A stretch of 64,000 nt of DNA from Alphaproteobacteria bacterium. Its GTDB lineage: Bacteria > Pseudomonadota > Alphaproteobacteria > RF32 > CAG-239. This document shows positions 56,322-64,000 of the stretch, piece by piece; the stretch's first letter is position 1; every line of letters starts with the position of its first letter. The translations under genes were made by a program, and so were the position numbers. Location of the stretch: contig JAZLAM010000022.1 of assembly GCA_045613125.1 (NCBI GenBank), positions 77,813 through 141,812 of the forward strand. Direction: 5' to 3'. Under the pieces are notes generated by a model. The model searched no databases. It was not told where the DNA came from and saw nothing but the letters and a program-made list of their open reading frames with translations.

Positions 56322-57131
56322 TTAAAAAATTCCATTAGAGTACAAAATTAGCACGCCACCCAAAATCACCCTATAAATCACAAATGGTAAAAAGGTAAAT
56401 TTTTGAAGCCACTTCATCATAGCAAAAATAACCATCATAGAAAAAATAAACGAAAATCCTATTGCATCAATTACATTTCCAATTTCTGTTATATTTGAAC
56501 TTTTATACAATCTGTACAATTCTAAAGCACCTGCAGCAGCAATTGTAGGAATAGAAAGCAACATTGAAAATTTTGCGGCATCGCTTCGGTTTACGCCTAA
56601 AAACCTTGCCATCGTTATAGTAACTCCTGATCGGCTTGTTCCCGGTATTAAAGCCAAACATTGCGCCAAACCGATAAATAAAGCGTCTTTAAAACTTATA
56701 TCTGATGTATTTTTAGAGCTTTGTCCTTTTTTATCTGCCACATATAAAATTAGTCCGTAAATCAATATTGTCCAACCTATTATTTTAGGATTTCTAAAAT
56801 ATTCCATCCCAAAATTTCTCAAACAAAAACCCATAATCAATGCGGGTATAGATGCCAAAACTATTTGATATGCAAGACGATTTCCCTGATTTGAAAAATC
56901 AGGGAAAAAACATTTAGATACCACCCCTTTGATTATCTCTATAATATCTTTATAAAAATATATAATTACCGCAACAATTGATCCTATATGCAGAGCAATA
57001 TCAACTGCCAAACCTTGATCTTCAAAAGGTGTAAATTCGGCAAACAATATCAAATGTCCGGAAGAGCTAATCGGTAAAAATTCGGTAATACCTTGAACAA
57101 TAGACAACCAAACAGTTTGCAATATAGACAT
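56322..57131 (-). CDS. uppP: Undecaprenyl-diphosphate phosphatase
   Basis: GITEFLPISSSGHL; PGTSRSG; 8 TM helices. Confidence 0.85.
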   Translation of the reverse strand: MSILQTVWLSIVQGITEFLPISSSGHLILFAEFTPFEDQGLAVDIALHIGSIVAVIIYFYKDIIEIIKGVVSKCFFPDFSNQGNRLAYQIVLASIPALIMGFCLRNFGMEYFRNPKIIGWTILIYGLILYVADKKGQSSKNTSDISFKDALFIGLAQCLALIPGTSRSGVTITMARFLGVNRSDAAKFSMLLSIPTIAAAGALELYRLYKSSNITEIGNVIDAIGFSFIFSMMVIFAMMKWLQKFTFLPFVIYRVILGGVLILYSNGIF

Positions 57132-57134
57132 TAT

Positions 57135-57980
57135 TTAATCCTTAGCTATGAATACTTTACAATTTTCTTTATTATTTTCTAACAATGAATGAGGTCTAAA
57201 TCTTATATCATTAAGTGTTACCCCCCAGTGTAAATGAGGTCCGGTTGCTCTACCGGTAGCGCCGACAAGTCCTATAACATCGCCTTTTTTAACATTTTGA
57301 TCTTCATTGACTAAAACCTTACTAAGATGCGCATAAATCGTCTTTAAGCCTTGTCCATGATCAATAATTACCATATTTCCGGAATAAAAATAGTTTCCTC
57401 CGGCAAGTAAAACCTTTCCATCTCCTGAAGCTCTTATTTTTGTTCCTTCCGGTGCTGCTATATCCACACCGGTATGAGGACTTTTAGGAACATTATTGAA
57501 TATACGTTGATTACCAAAATATCCGCTTATTCTACCATCAAGCGGTAAGATAAAACCTTTTTTCCAATGTTGCGAATCTGTACCACTCTTATTTAGAGCA
57601 TTTTTCACATCCGTTCTTTCTCTTAAAATTTCACTTTCATCGTTAGCAGAAGGCGTAACCTTATTTTGCGCTACCCCTTTAATACTTTGAACATTCCAAT
57701 TATGTTTTTTTACTTTTACATCATATTGTTTAGATATATTATCATTATAAATAACTTCTAAGACCTTATTTGGGCTTTCATCGCGTGATAGCGCAATTAA
57801 AAATTCGCCTTCATCATTTACATCATACTCTTTACCGGAAAATTTTATTTTTTTAGCACCTTGCGCTATACCATATAAAAGCTCACCTTGTTCCACATTA
57901 CCGCAAAGTTCCACTTCTTTAGCAAACGTTTCGTAGCAAAATAAAAAGCTACAAATCAAACAAATCAAACTGTTCCGCAT
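57135..57980 (-). CDS. M23 family metallopeptidase (secreted)
   Basis: Signal peptide; HTGVDIAAPEGTKI, GNMVIIDHGQGLKTIYAHLS, GATGRATGPHLHWGV. Confidence 0.8.
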   Translation of the reverse strand: MRNSLICLICSFLFCYETFAKEVELCGNVEQGELLYGIAQGAKKIKFSGKEYDVNDEGEFLIALSRDESPNKVLEVIYNDNISKQYDVKVKKHNWNVQSIKGVAQNKVTPSANDESEILRERTDVKNALNKSGTDSQHWKKGFILPLDGRISGYFGNQRIFNNVPKSPHTGVDIAAPEGTKIRASGDGKVLLAGGNYFYSGNMVIIDHGQGLKTIYAHLSKVLVNEDQNVKKGDVIGLVGATGRATGPHLHWGVTLNDIRFRPHSLLENNKENCKVFIAKD

Positions 57981-59259
57981 CTCTATTCTCCACGACCTTT
58001 GTTTTTACTATACCATCAACAAAACGTATGTTTAATTCTCCACTTTTTTTTGCATGTGAAGCATCATAAAGCGTTTTAAAATGCCTATCTGTCACCCAAG
58101 CAAAGCCTCGTTTTAATACGCTATCTATAGAAACACTTTCCATTCTTGAAGACAAAGAACCTAACATTGTTTTTTGTTTCTCAACTATATTATTTATCAA
58201 ATACGGTTTTAATCCGACCAAACCTACGTTTTGCTGTTTTATTCCCATATAATTAGATATTACCATTTTAATCCGCTCGGATATATCATCAAGTTTTTGT
58301 TGATTTTCCAATATAATTTGTTCTAAATTAGGAATTCCTCTCTCTAGACCTTCAATTTTTTGTTCATATTCTTTAAGTAAACGATACATTGCATTTAAGA
58401 TTCTTCCTTGATACGAAGATAAAGCAAACATCAAATCTGATTTAACAGGAACGGCAAATTCGGCCGCACCCGTAGGCGTAGGCGCTCTAACATCTGCAAC
58501 ATAATCAATCAACATAGTATCTGTTTCATGCCCTACTGCAGAAATAATCGGTATCTGGCTGTTATAAACTGCTCTTATGACCACTTCTTCATTGAAAGGC
58601 CATAAATCTTCCAAACTTCCACCTCCTCGAGCCACTATTATAACATCGGGTCTGGGGATATTAATTATCGGAAGCTTATTAAAGCCATCTATAGCTGTTG
58701 CTATTTTATCCGCCGCCCCCTCACCTTGTACTGGTGTAGGCCAAACAATGACATGCGTCGGAAAACGGTCACTCACACGATGGATAATATCTCTAATAAC
58801 TGCCCCTGAAGGACTGGTAACCACACCTATAACTTTCGGCAAAAATGGAATTTTTTGTTTATGTGCTACATCGAACAAACCTTCTTGCAAAAATTTTTGC
58901 TTTCTTTCTTCCAAAAGCTTTAATAAAGCACCTGTTCCTGCAATTTCTAAACGCTCTATTACCAATTGATATGATGACTTTCCGGCAAAAGTAGTTATTT
59001 TTCCGGTTGCAATCACTTCCAAACCATCTTCTATTTTAACATTAAGAGCTGAAGCGACACCCTTCCAGCAAACAGCTGATAATACAGCATTAGCATCTTT
59101 TAGAGATAAATACCAATGTCCGGAATCAGCTTTTTTCGCACCAAAAATTTCACCTCTAACCCTAACCTGATTAAAAGTTGTTTCCACACATTTTTTTATG
59201 GCAAAAGAAATTTCGCTTACACTATATTCTACCAATTGCAACATACTATCCTCTATCAT
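57949..59259 (-). CDS. xseA: Exodeoxyribonuclease VII large subunit
   Basis: OB-fold N-terminus (VRVRGEIFGAKK..GHWYLSLKD) and RGGGSLEDLWPFNEE hallmark. Confidence 0.85.
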   Translation of the reverse strand: MIEDSMLQLVEYSVSEISFAIKKCVETTFNQVRVRGEIFGAKKADSGHWYLSLKDANAVLSAVCWKGVASALNVKIEDGLEVIATGKITTFAGKSSYQLVIERLEIAGTGALLKLLEERKQKFLQEGLFDVAHKQKIPFLPKVIGVVTSPSGAVIRDIIHRVSDRFPTHVIVWPTPVQGEGAADKIATAIDGFNKLPIINIPRPDVIIVARGGGSLEDLWPFNEEVVIRAVYNSQIPIISAVGHETDTMLIDYVADVRAPTPTGAAEFAVPVKSDLMFALSSYQGRILNAMYRLLKEYEQKIEGLERGIPNLEQIILENQQKLDDISERIKMVISNYMGIKQQNVGLVGLKPYLINNIVEKQKTMLGSLSSRMESVSIDSVLKRGFAWVTDRHFKTLYDASHAKKSGELNIRFVDGIVKTKVVENRDAEQFDLFDL

Positions 59260-59383
59260 ACTTTATATTTTAATAGTATATCTAACAGATGCAATAATTA
59301 AAAGTATTTACAAACAAAAAAGATATTGCATTTCACGTTTTAAAAAATTATTATGGAAGAAATTAATTTTATGGGAGATTCTT

Positions 59384-59557
59384 ATGTCTAAAATTCCTTT
59401 AGTAAAACCATTAAGCAAAGTTGCCGTAGGAAGACGCCTAACCGGAATATTTAGTATATTTCAAGCATTAAGCTTTGCCTTAGCGTCTGCTTTTGTATCT
59501 GTTATTTCTAATGCAAAAGACGGGATTACCAATCAAAACGATAAAGGTAGAGAATAG
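59384..59557 (+). CDS. Small hypothetical protein (57 aa)
   Basis: ATG at 59384 with GGAGA RBS. Encodes MSKIPLVKPLSKVAVGRRLTGIFSIFQALSFALASAFVSVISNAKDG... The longer track ORF (59198) overlaps the xseA start. Confidence 0.25.
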   Translation: MSKIPLVKPLSKVAVGRRLTGIFSIFQALSFALASAFVSVISNAKDGITNQNDKGRE

Positions 59558-59565
59558 GATACGTT

Positions 59566-59979
59566 ATGGAAAAGTTTGAGATAATTCCTGCAGAATTTTA
59601 CTTTGATAAAATTGGTGTTATTGTAAAAGTAGAATTAAACGAAGACCATGTTTTTAGAGGTGAACTGGTGTATGATGGTCGCAATCAAATCATATTCAAT
59701 CGTAATGATAAGAAATTTTTTCTTCTTACCCAGATAGCACCTAATATTCGTAAACGTATATTAAAGAGCAAATATGTCACAATTGCAGAATATTTTAACG
59801 ATGAAATTATGCAGGCATATGACATAAGTGTGCGCTTGACAGATGAAATTCCAGGTGAAGATAACTACATGGAAGAAATGCAAAAATATATTGAAAAACT
59901 TAAATCAGATTTAGGTAATGAGAAGTTTAACGAATTAAAAAGACAAGCCATACATTCGTTTGACCAATTAATGCAATAG
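59566..59979 (+). CDS. Hypothetical protein
   Basis: 137-aa ORF 8 nt after the previous stop; no motif recognised. Confidence 0.3.
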   Translation: MEKFEIIPAEFYFDKIGVIVKVELNEDHVFRGELVYDGRNQIIFNRNDKKFFLLTQIAPNIRKRILKSKYVTIAEYFNDEIMQAYDISVRLTDEIPGEDNYMEEMQKYIEKLKSDLGNEKFNELKRQAIHSFDQLMQ

Positions 59980-59991
59980 AAAGTAAAATTA

Positions 59992-60171
59992 ATGATGGAA
60001 TATTTGAAAAGAAAACTTTGCAAAATTAAATCTTCTGACTTTGATAAAATCAGATTTCCACGATACTATGAGGAAAACGGTTCTTTAATCAAAGAATATG
60101 AAAATGGTGAAATGTGGGAAGTTGCTTTAGATGAAAGCCATCATGAAGTTTTATTAAAGAGGTTAAAATGA
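59992..60171 (+). CDS. Small protein (59 aa), candidate antitoxin; overlaps the downstream kinase start by ATGA
   Basis: Encodes MMEYLKRKLCKIKSSDFDKIRFPRYYEENGSLIKEYENGEMWEVALDESHHEVLLKRLK. The 4-nt stop/start overlap is typical of TA pairs. Confidence 0.3.
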   Translation: MMEYLKRKLCKIKSSDFDKIRFPRYYEENGSLIKEYENGEMWEVALDESHHEVLLKRLK

Positions 60172-60866
60172 GCAAACAAAGTTGGATGGTTATAATTGCA
60201 GGTCCTAATGGTGCCGGTAAATCTACTTTTTATCACCAGATCTTAAAAAGTGATCCTTTATTTAAAAATGCCCCTTTTGTTAATTTGGATAATTATGCTA
60301 AAGAAATGGTTACCCAAAAGGGGGGAACTACTGAGGATTATTTTATTCAGGCCGGCCGTAAAGTTCGGCAAAATATTGATAACTATTTCAAAAAAAAGAA
60401 AAGCTTTATTTATGAAACTACAGCATCTGGCATTACCCATCTTAAAACAATGGAAAATGCTCGTAATAGAGGCTACAAGGTAGCAACAATTTTTATCGGA
60501 CTTTCAAAGGTAGAACTATCTCATCTTCGTGTACAGCAGAGGGTGAATGAAGGTGGTCACAACGTATCATCAGAAGATATCGAACGCCGTTTTCCAAAAG
60601 TAATTAAAAATTTCCCCGATATGTTAGCTCGTAGCGACATTGCTGCAGTTTTTGACAACTCTGGTAAAGATCCCTACAAACTCATATTTTTGATGGATAA
60701 GTATCATTTTCGTGTGTTCTATTCATATCCTCGTTGGGTTAAGGAAGCAACCAAGGGAAGAAACACCAATAAAAACTTTATTTTTGTTAATGCAAATGAT
60801 ATTAAAGGGAACAAAAAAGATTTCTTTACTAAAATTGCCAAGCGACTATTTTTAAATACAAAATAA
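60168..60866 (+). CDS. Zeta-toxin-like P-loop kinase (COG4185/AAA_33-type)
   Basis: Walker A IIAGPNGAGKST; FIYETTASG; RVQQRVNEGGHNVSSEDIERRFPK matches the zeta/PezT-family RV.QRV..GGH.VPE..I.RRY signature. Confidence 0.55.
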   Translation: MSKQSWMVIIAGPNGAGKSTFYHQILKSDPLFKNAPFVNLDNYAKEMVTQKGGTTEDYFIQAGRKVRQNIDNYFKKKKSFIYETTASGITHLKTMENARNRGYKVATIFIGLSKVELSHLRVQQRVNEGGHNVSSEDIERRFPKVIKNFPDMLARSDIAAVFDNSGKDPYKLIFLMDKYHFRVFYSYPRWVKEATKGRNTNKNFIFVNANDIKGNKKDFFTKIAKRLFLNTK

Positions 60867-60884
60867 AAATTAAATTACCTGATT

Positions 60885-62669
60885 TTAATTTTTATTATTT
60901 TCCTGCATCAACATATCTCTTTCAGCTTTTAAATTAAGATAGTTTTGATAATCGGTATCATCAGCCATATTTTTTTCAAGCTTAATTTTATATTCATTGA
61001 TATCTCTGTTCAATTCTTTTATTTGGACTGCTATCATTAAACAATCTATTTGGCGCTTGATATCATTAATACGCGGATTTTGAGATTTTAACATCCCTAT
61101 TTCCCACAAAGAATCAATCTTATCTTCAAAACCGAATAACTTTAACTGTCTCAACAATTCTGTAGATAAAATTTCCGGATTTTCATGAAAAATATCAATT
61201 ACACGTTGCATCATATCGTACAAATTAAATTTTGAGATATCAAACATTAAAATTTTTTCTTCAAAATCTCCTATCAATTCAGGAAATTGTATCATACTTG
61301 CTAAAATAAAACGAATATCAATATCAGCCAATACCGGTTTAATGGTATTAGACTTTCTCTTATAAATATTTTGTTTTACAGCATATGTTTTTAACGCACC
61401 TTTTCCGAAAGTTTCATATATCCGTTTTTTCATCTCCTGCACATAATAGCTTCTAACTTTTTCATCACCTATTTTCGACACTTCTTCCATTAGCGTTTTT
61501 TCTATTAGTGCTTTTTGCTCTGGGGTAGATGATGGCTTATCTTTAATATTTTTATCCCATAAAAGTTGCATCAGTGGAGTAGTATGTTGCATCAATGATA
61601 AAAATTCATCCTTACCTTTGAGTTTTAGGAATTCATCCGGATCAAGCTTCTCAGGTAAAAACATAAATTTTAAAGAATGACCGGCTTTTAATATGGGCAA
61701 AGCTCTTTCAACTGAACGTAGCGCAGCCTTCTGACCTGCATTATCGCCATCAAAACAAAGAATCGGTTCTGGCACAATTTTCCATGCTAGCTTAATTTGT
61801 TCTTCAGTTAAAGCTGTTCCCATAGGAGCAGCGGCATAACCAAAACCAAATTTATCCAGTGCTATAACATCCATATAACCTTCACATATAAGAAAATTTC
61901 TTGCCTTATATCCTTCATCTTTAGCATAATTGATATTATAAAGAGCTCTTCTTTTATTAAAAATAGGTGTTTCAGGAGAATTTAAATATTTAGGTTGCCC
62001 ATCACCCATAATACGGCCACCAAAGGCCACCACTCTAGACTTACTATCAAGTATCGGAATAATAACTCGGTCTCTAAAAAAATCATGAGCCAATCGATTT
62101 TGGGTGTCAGGAGTGACTATCAATCCTAATTCAGACATATCATGTTCACTTACACCTTTGGCAGCAAGATATGCTTTAAGACCATTATTGTTAGGGGCAT
62201 AACCTAAACGAAATTTTTTAATCAATTCGTCATCTATTCCGCGTCCATAAAAATATTCTAAACCATGAGCACCAACCGGCATATACAAATTTTTTTCATA
62301 ATATGCCGTTGCCAGTTCCATAATATCATACAACGACTGTTGCTTTTCTTGTTCTGCTGTTTTTTCTTTTGAAAACTTAGGCATAGGTAAACCAGCTTTT
62401 CGGGATAATTTTTCTAAAGCATCTATAAACGGAAGATTATTTGCCTCCATTTCAAACTTGACGATATCACCGTGAGCTCCACACCCGAAACAATGATAAA
62501 AACCTTTAACCTCATTTACAGTAAAAGATGGTGTTTTTTCGTTATGGAAGGGACAAAGTCCTAAATATTCACGACCTTTGCGGGTAAGCTTTACCTTTTC
62601 AGACACAACATCTGCAATAGAAACCTTATCCCTTAACTCTTCTATAAATTTTTGTAAATTATTTTCCAT
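60885..62669 (-). CDS. dnaG: DNA primase
   Basis: Zinc finger CPFHNEKTPSFTVNEVKGFYHCFGCGAHGD, TOPRIM domain (ICEGYMDVIAL, FDGDNAGQKAA) and a C-terminal helicase-interaction region. Confidence 0.9.
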   Translation of the reverse strand: MENNLQKFIEELRDKVSIADVVSEKVKLTRKGREYLGLCPFHNEKTPSFTVNEVKGFYHCFGCGAHGDIVKFEMEANNLPFIDALEKLSRKAGLPMPKFSKEKTAEQEKQQSLYDIMELATAYYEKNLYMPVGAHGLEYFYGRGIDDELIKKFRLGYAPNNNGLKAYLAAKGVSEHDMSELGLIVTPDTQNRLAHDFFRDRVIIPILDSKSRVVAFGGRIMGDGQPKYLNSPETPIFNKRRALYNINYAKDEGYKARNFLICEGYMDVIALDKFGFGYAAAPMGTALTEEQIKLAWKIVPEPILCFDGDNAGQKAALRSVERALPILKAGHSLKFMFLPEKLDPDEFLKLKGKDEFLSLMQHTTPLMQLLWDKNIKDKPSSTPEQKALIEKTLMEEVSKIGDEKVRSYYVQEMKKRIYETFGKGALKTYAVKQNIYKRKSNTIKPVLADIDIRFILASMIQFPELIGDFEEKILMFDISKFNLYDMMQRVIDIFHENPEILSTELLRQLKLFGFEDKIDSLWEIGMLKSQNPRINDIKRQIDCLMIAVQIKELNRDINEYKIKLEKNMADDTDYQNYLNLKAERDMLMQENNKN

Positions 62670-62685
62670 AACACCAACACTATGT

Positions 62686-63138
62686 CTAAGACAACAAAGA
62701 TTTGATTATACCTGAAGCTTTACCAAAATCCATCTGTCCGGCATATTCGTTTTTTAACGCTGCCATAACTTTCCCCATATCTTTTATAGATTGAGCGCCA
62801 ATATTAGCAATTACAGATTGTATAACCTTGTTTACTTCATCATCGCTTAGTTGTTTTGGCAAAAAGCGTTCAATAACCTCAATTTCTGCTTTTTCTTTTT
62901 CTGCTAACTCCGGTCTGTTTCCCTCTATATAAATTTTAACAGATTCATTTCTTTGTTTAATCATTGTTTGCATCATTGCTAAAAGTTCTATGTCTTCAGC
63001 TTTTTCTTTTCCTTTTCCTCTTGCTTCCACATCTTTTTCTTTTAAGCCCGCAATAATTAAACGAACAGCACCAACAACAGCCATATTTTTTTCTTTCATT
63101 GCTTCTTTTAAGGCATTTTGCAAATCTTCTCTTAACAT
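62686..63138 (-). CDS. GatB/YqeY domain protein
   Basis: MLREDLQNALKEAMKEKN...VRLIIAGLKEKDV...KQLSDDEV. ATG at 63138 has an AAGGAGA RBS; the track's longer N-terminus is unlikely. Confidence 0.7.
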   Translation of the reverse strand: MLREDLQNALKEAMKEKNMAVVGAVRLIIAGLKEKDVEARGKGKEKAEDIELLAMMQTMIKQRNESVKIYIEGNRPELAEKEKAEIEVIERFLPKQLSDDEVNKVIQSVIANIGAQSIKDMGKVMAALKNEYAGQMDFGKASGIIKSLLS

Positions 63139-63148
63139 AAATTTCTCC

Positions 63149-63862
63149 TTATCTCTTTTGATTATTAGTATCTTTAAAAGTAACATAAACTGATTTTGCA
63201 TATGGAGTAGGATTGGTTACGACAACCTTAAACAGTACTTGATAGCCGGCTTCCAAACGAGGTAGCGATAATTGTTCTTCCATATTCAACAATAAATTTC
63301 CCTCTTTATCCAAAATCTCAATTTTAACTGGGGGAAGTTCAACAACATATTTGCTCAAATTAACAACTGTTCCACTAATTTCAATCTGTGAAATATTGTG
63401 TTCTGTATATTCTTTAGTCGTTATATTTTTTAGTTCTAAATGCATTCCGTAATGAATACTTGGTATATTTATTTTAGAATAGAAGTTTTCCGCTTGAGGG
63501 AATAAACGCACTATATCGTAACGAAAAGCATAAAGTAGTATTATAGTTGCTAACATAGAGAGTATAATTGCTATAATACTTGCTACATTACTTTTTTTAT
63601 AAGTTCCTCTCTTTCTTACCTTTTCAACCACACTCAAAGCATGATTCTTTTCGTCAACAAATAAATCATTGGTCTCTTTAGAAAGATGCTGAAACATTTT
63701 CTGTATATTTTTGGGAGTTGTATTTATTTTTTTAAGAGCATCTTCCGGATATCCCACCCATATTTCAGAACATTCACAACAACGCATTTTCAACCCTGCA
63801 TCTGAAATTAAATCATCGGGTAAATCATAAACTGAACGACATTTCGGGCACTTTATTAACAT
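63149..63862 (-). CDS. MJ0042-type zinc-ribbon membrane protein (DUF3426-like)
   Basis: N-terminal MLIKCPKCRSVYDLPDD...RCCECSEIW double CxxC, a central TM and a C-terminal beta-rich domain. Confidence 0.5.
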   Translation of the reverse strand: MLIKCPKCRSVYDLPDDLISDAGLKMRCCECSEIWVGYPEDALKKINTTPKNIQKMFQHLSKETNDLFVDEKNHALSVVEKVRKRGTYKKSNVASIIAIILSMLATIILLYAFRYDIVRLFPQAENFYSKINIPSIHYGMHLELKNITTKEYTEHNISQIEISGTVVNLSKYVVELPPVKIEILDKEGNLLLNMEEQLSLPRLEAGYQVLFKVVVTNPTPYAKSVYVTFKDTNNQKR

Positions 63863-64000
63863 ATTTCCTCTAGCTAAAAATCATCTTACATGCTTACTTA
63901 TTGTGTATTATGCACAAAAAAGCTTAAAATCCAAGAAAAAAGTGTTTTATTAAACATATAATTGTTATATCCTACACGCAATGTGGTAAATTTAGCCTAG

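Noticed and set aside
59198-59383. The longer 119-aa ORF overlapping the xseA start
   Set aside because: It overlaps the xseA N-terminus on the opposite strand. Only the distal part (from the ATG at 59384 with a GGAGA RBS) is plausible.
1-64000. rRNA genes and additional tRNAs
   Set aside because: No 16S/23S/5S-like conserved stretches were seen. Only three tRNAs (Pro-CGG, Leu-CAA, Leu-CAG) plus two tRNA-fragment repeats could be folded by eye. Others may have been missed without tRNAscan-SE.

Overview
AT-rich (roughly 30% GC by eye), gene-dense window from a Gram-negative bacterium with an outer membrane (LptD, LptF/G, SurA, LpxA, AsmA/TamB-like). Its reduced-genome look (frameshifted gene, truncated thrS, many islets) suggests a host-associated or endosymbiont lifestyle. 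The exact lineage cannot be fixed from sequence alone; the gene order is compatible with a proteobacterial, possibly alphaproteobacterial, symbiont. Conserved backbone genes: adk, glgA-like, grpE, lptF/G-lptD-surA-rsmA, nfo, tRNA-Pro, rbfA-infB-ylxR/L7Ae-nusA-rimP, adhE, asmA/tamB-like, cdd-PNP-deoA nucleoside salvage operon, two GT2 glycosyltransferases, aspC-mdh/ldh-lpxA, two tRNA-Leu, recJ, uppP, an M23 peptidase, xseA, dnaG and a GatB/YqeY protein. Accessory material lies between these. (1) The window's left edge carries a partial serine recombinase, divergent from a tightly packed six-gene operon: a NadM-type NMN-adenylyltransferase-like gene, a CofE-like gene, an HD-like gene, a PnuC-like transporter, a nucleoside 2-deoxyribosyltransferase/Rcl-like gene and a small radical-SAM (viperin/MoaA-like) gene. 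The operon sits behind a GC-rich structured leader and is followed by a secreted 4x EF-hand protein. This is the best candidate for an undescribed nucleoside/nucleotide-tailoring, salvage or defence module. (2) A 2.35-kb islet is inserted at the 3' end of tRNA-Pro, bounded by a 16-bp direct repeat, and encodes a protein with six treble-clef zinc-ribbon repeats around a DUF559/Vsr-like endonuclease-fold domain. (3) Two paralogous secreted proteins are each preceded by a ~290-bp conserved leader carrying 18-bp perfect palindromes, and one of them is flanked by GC-rich MITE-like hairpin repeats. (4) There is an N-terminally truncated ThrRS next to a second HD-like paralog. (5) An epsilon/zeta-like toxin-antitoxin pair is present. 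(6) Other oddities are a tRNA-Leu 3'-end duplication, a frameshifted DUF502 gene and a 57-bp tandem repeat inside surA. No rRNA, CRISPR or phage structural genes were seen.
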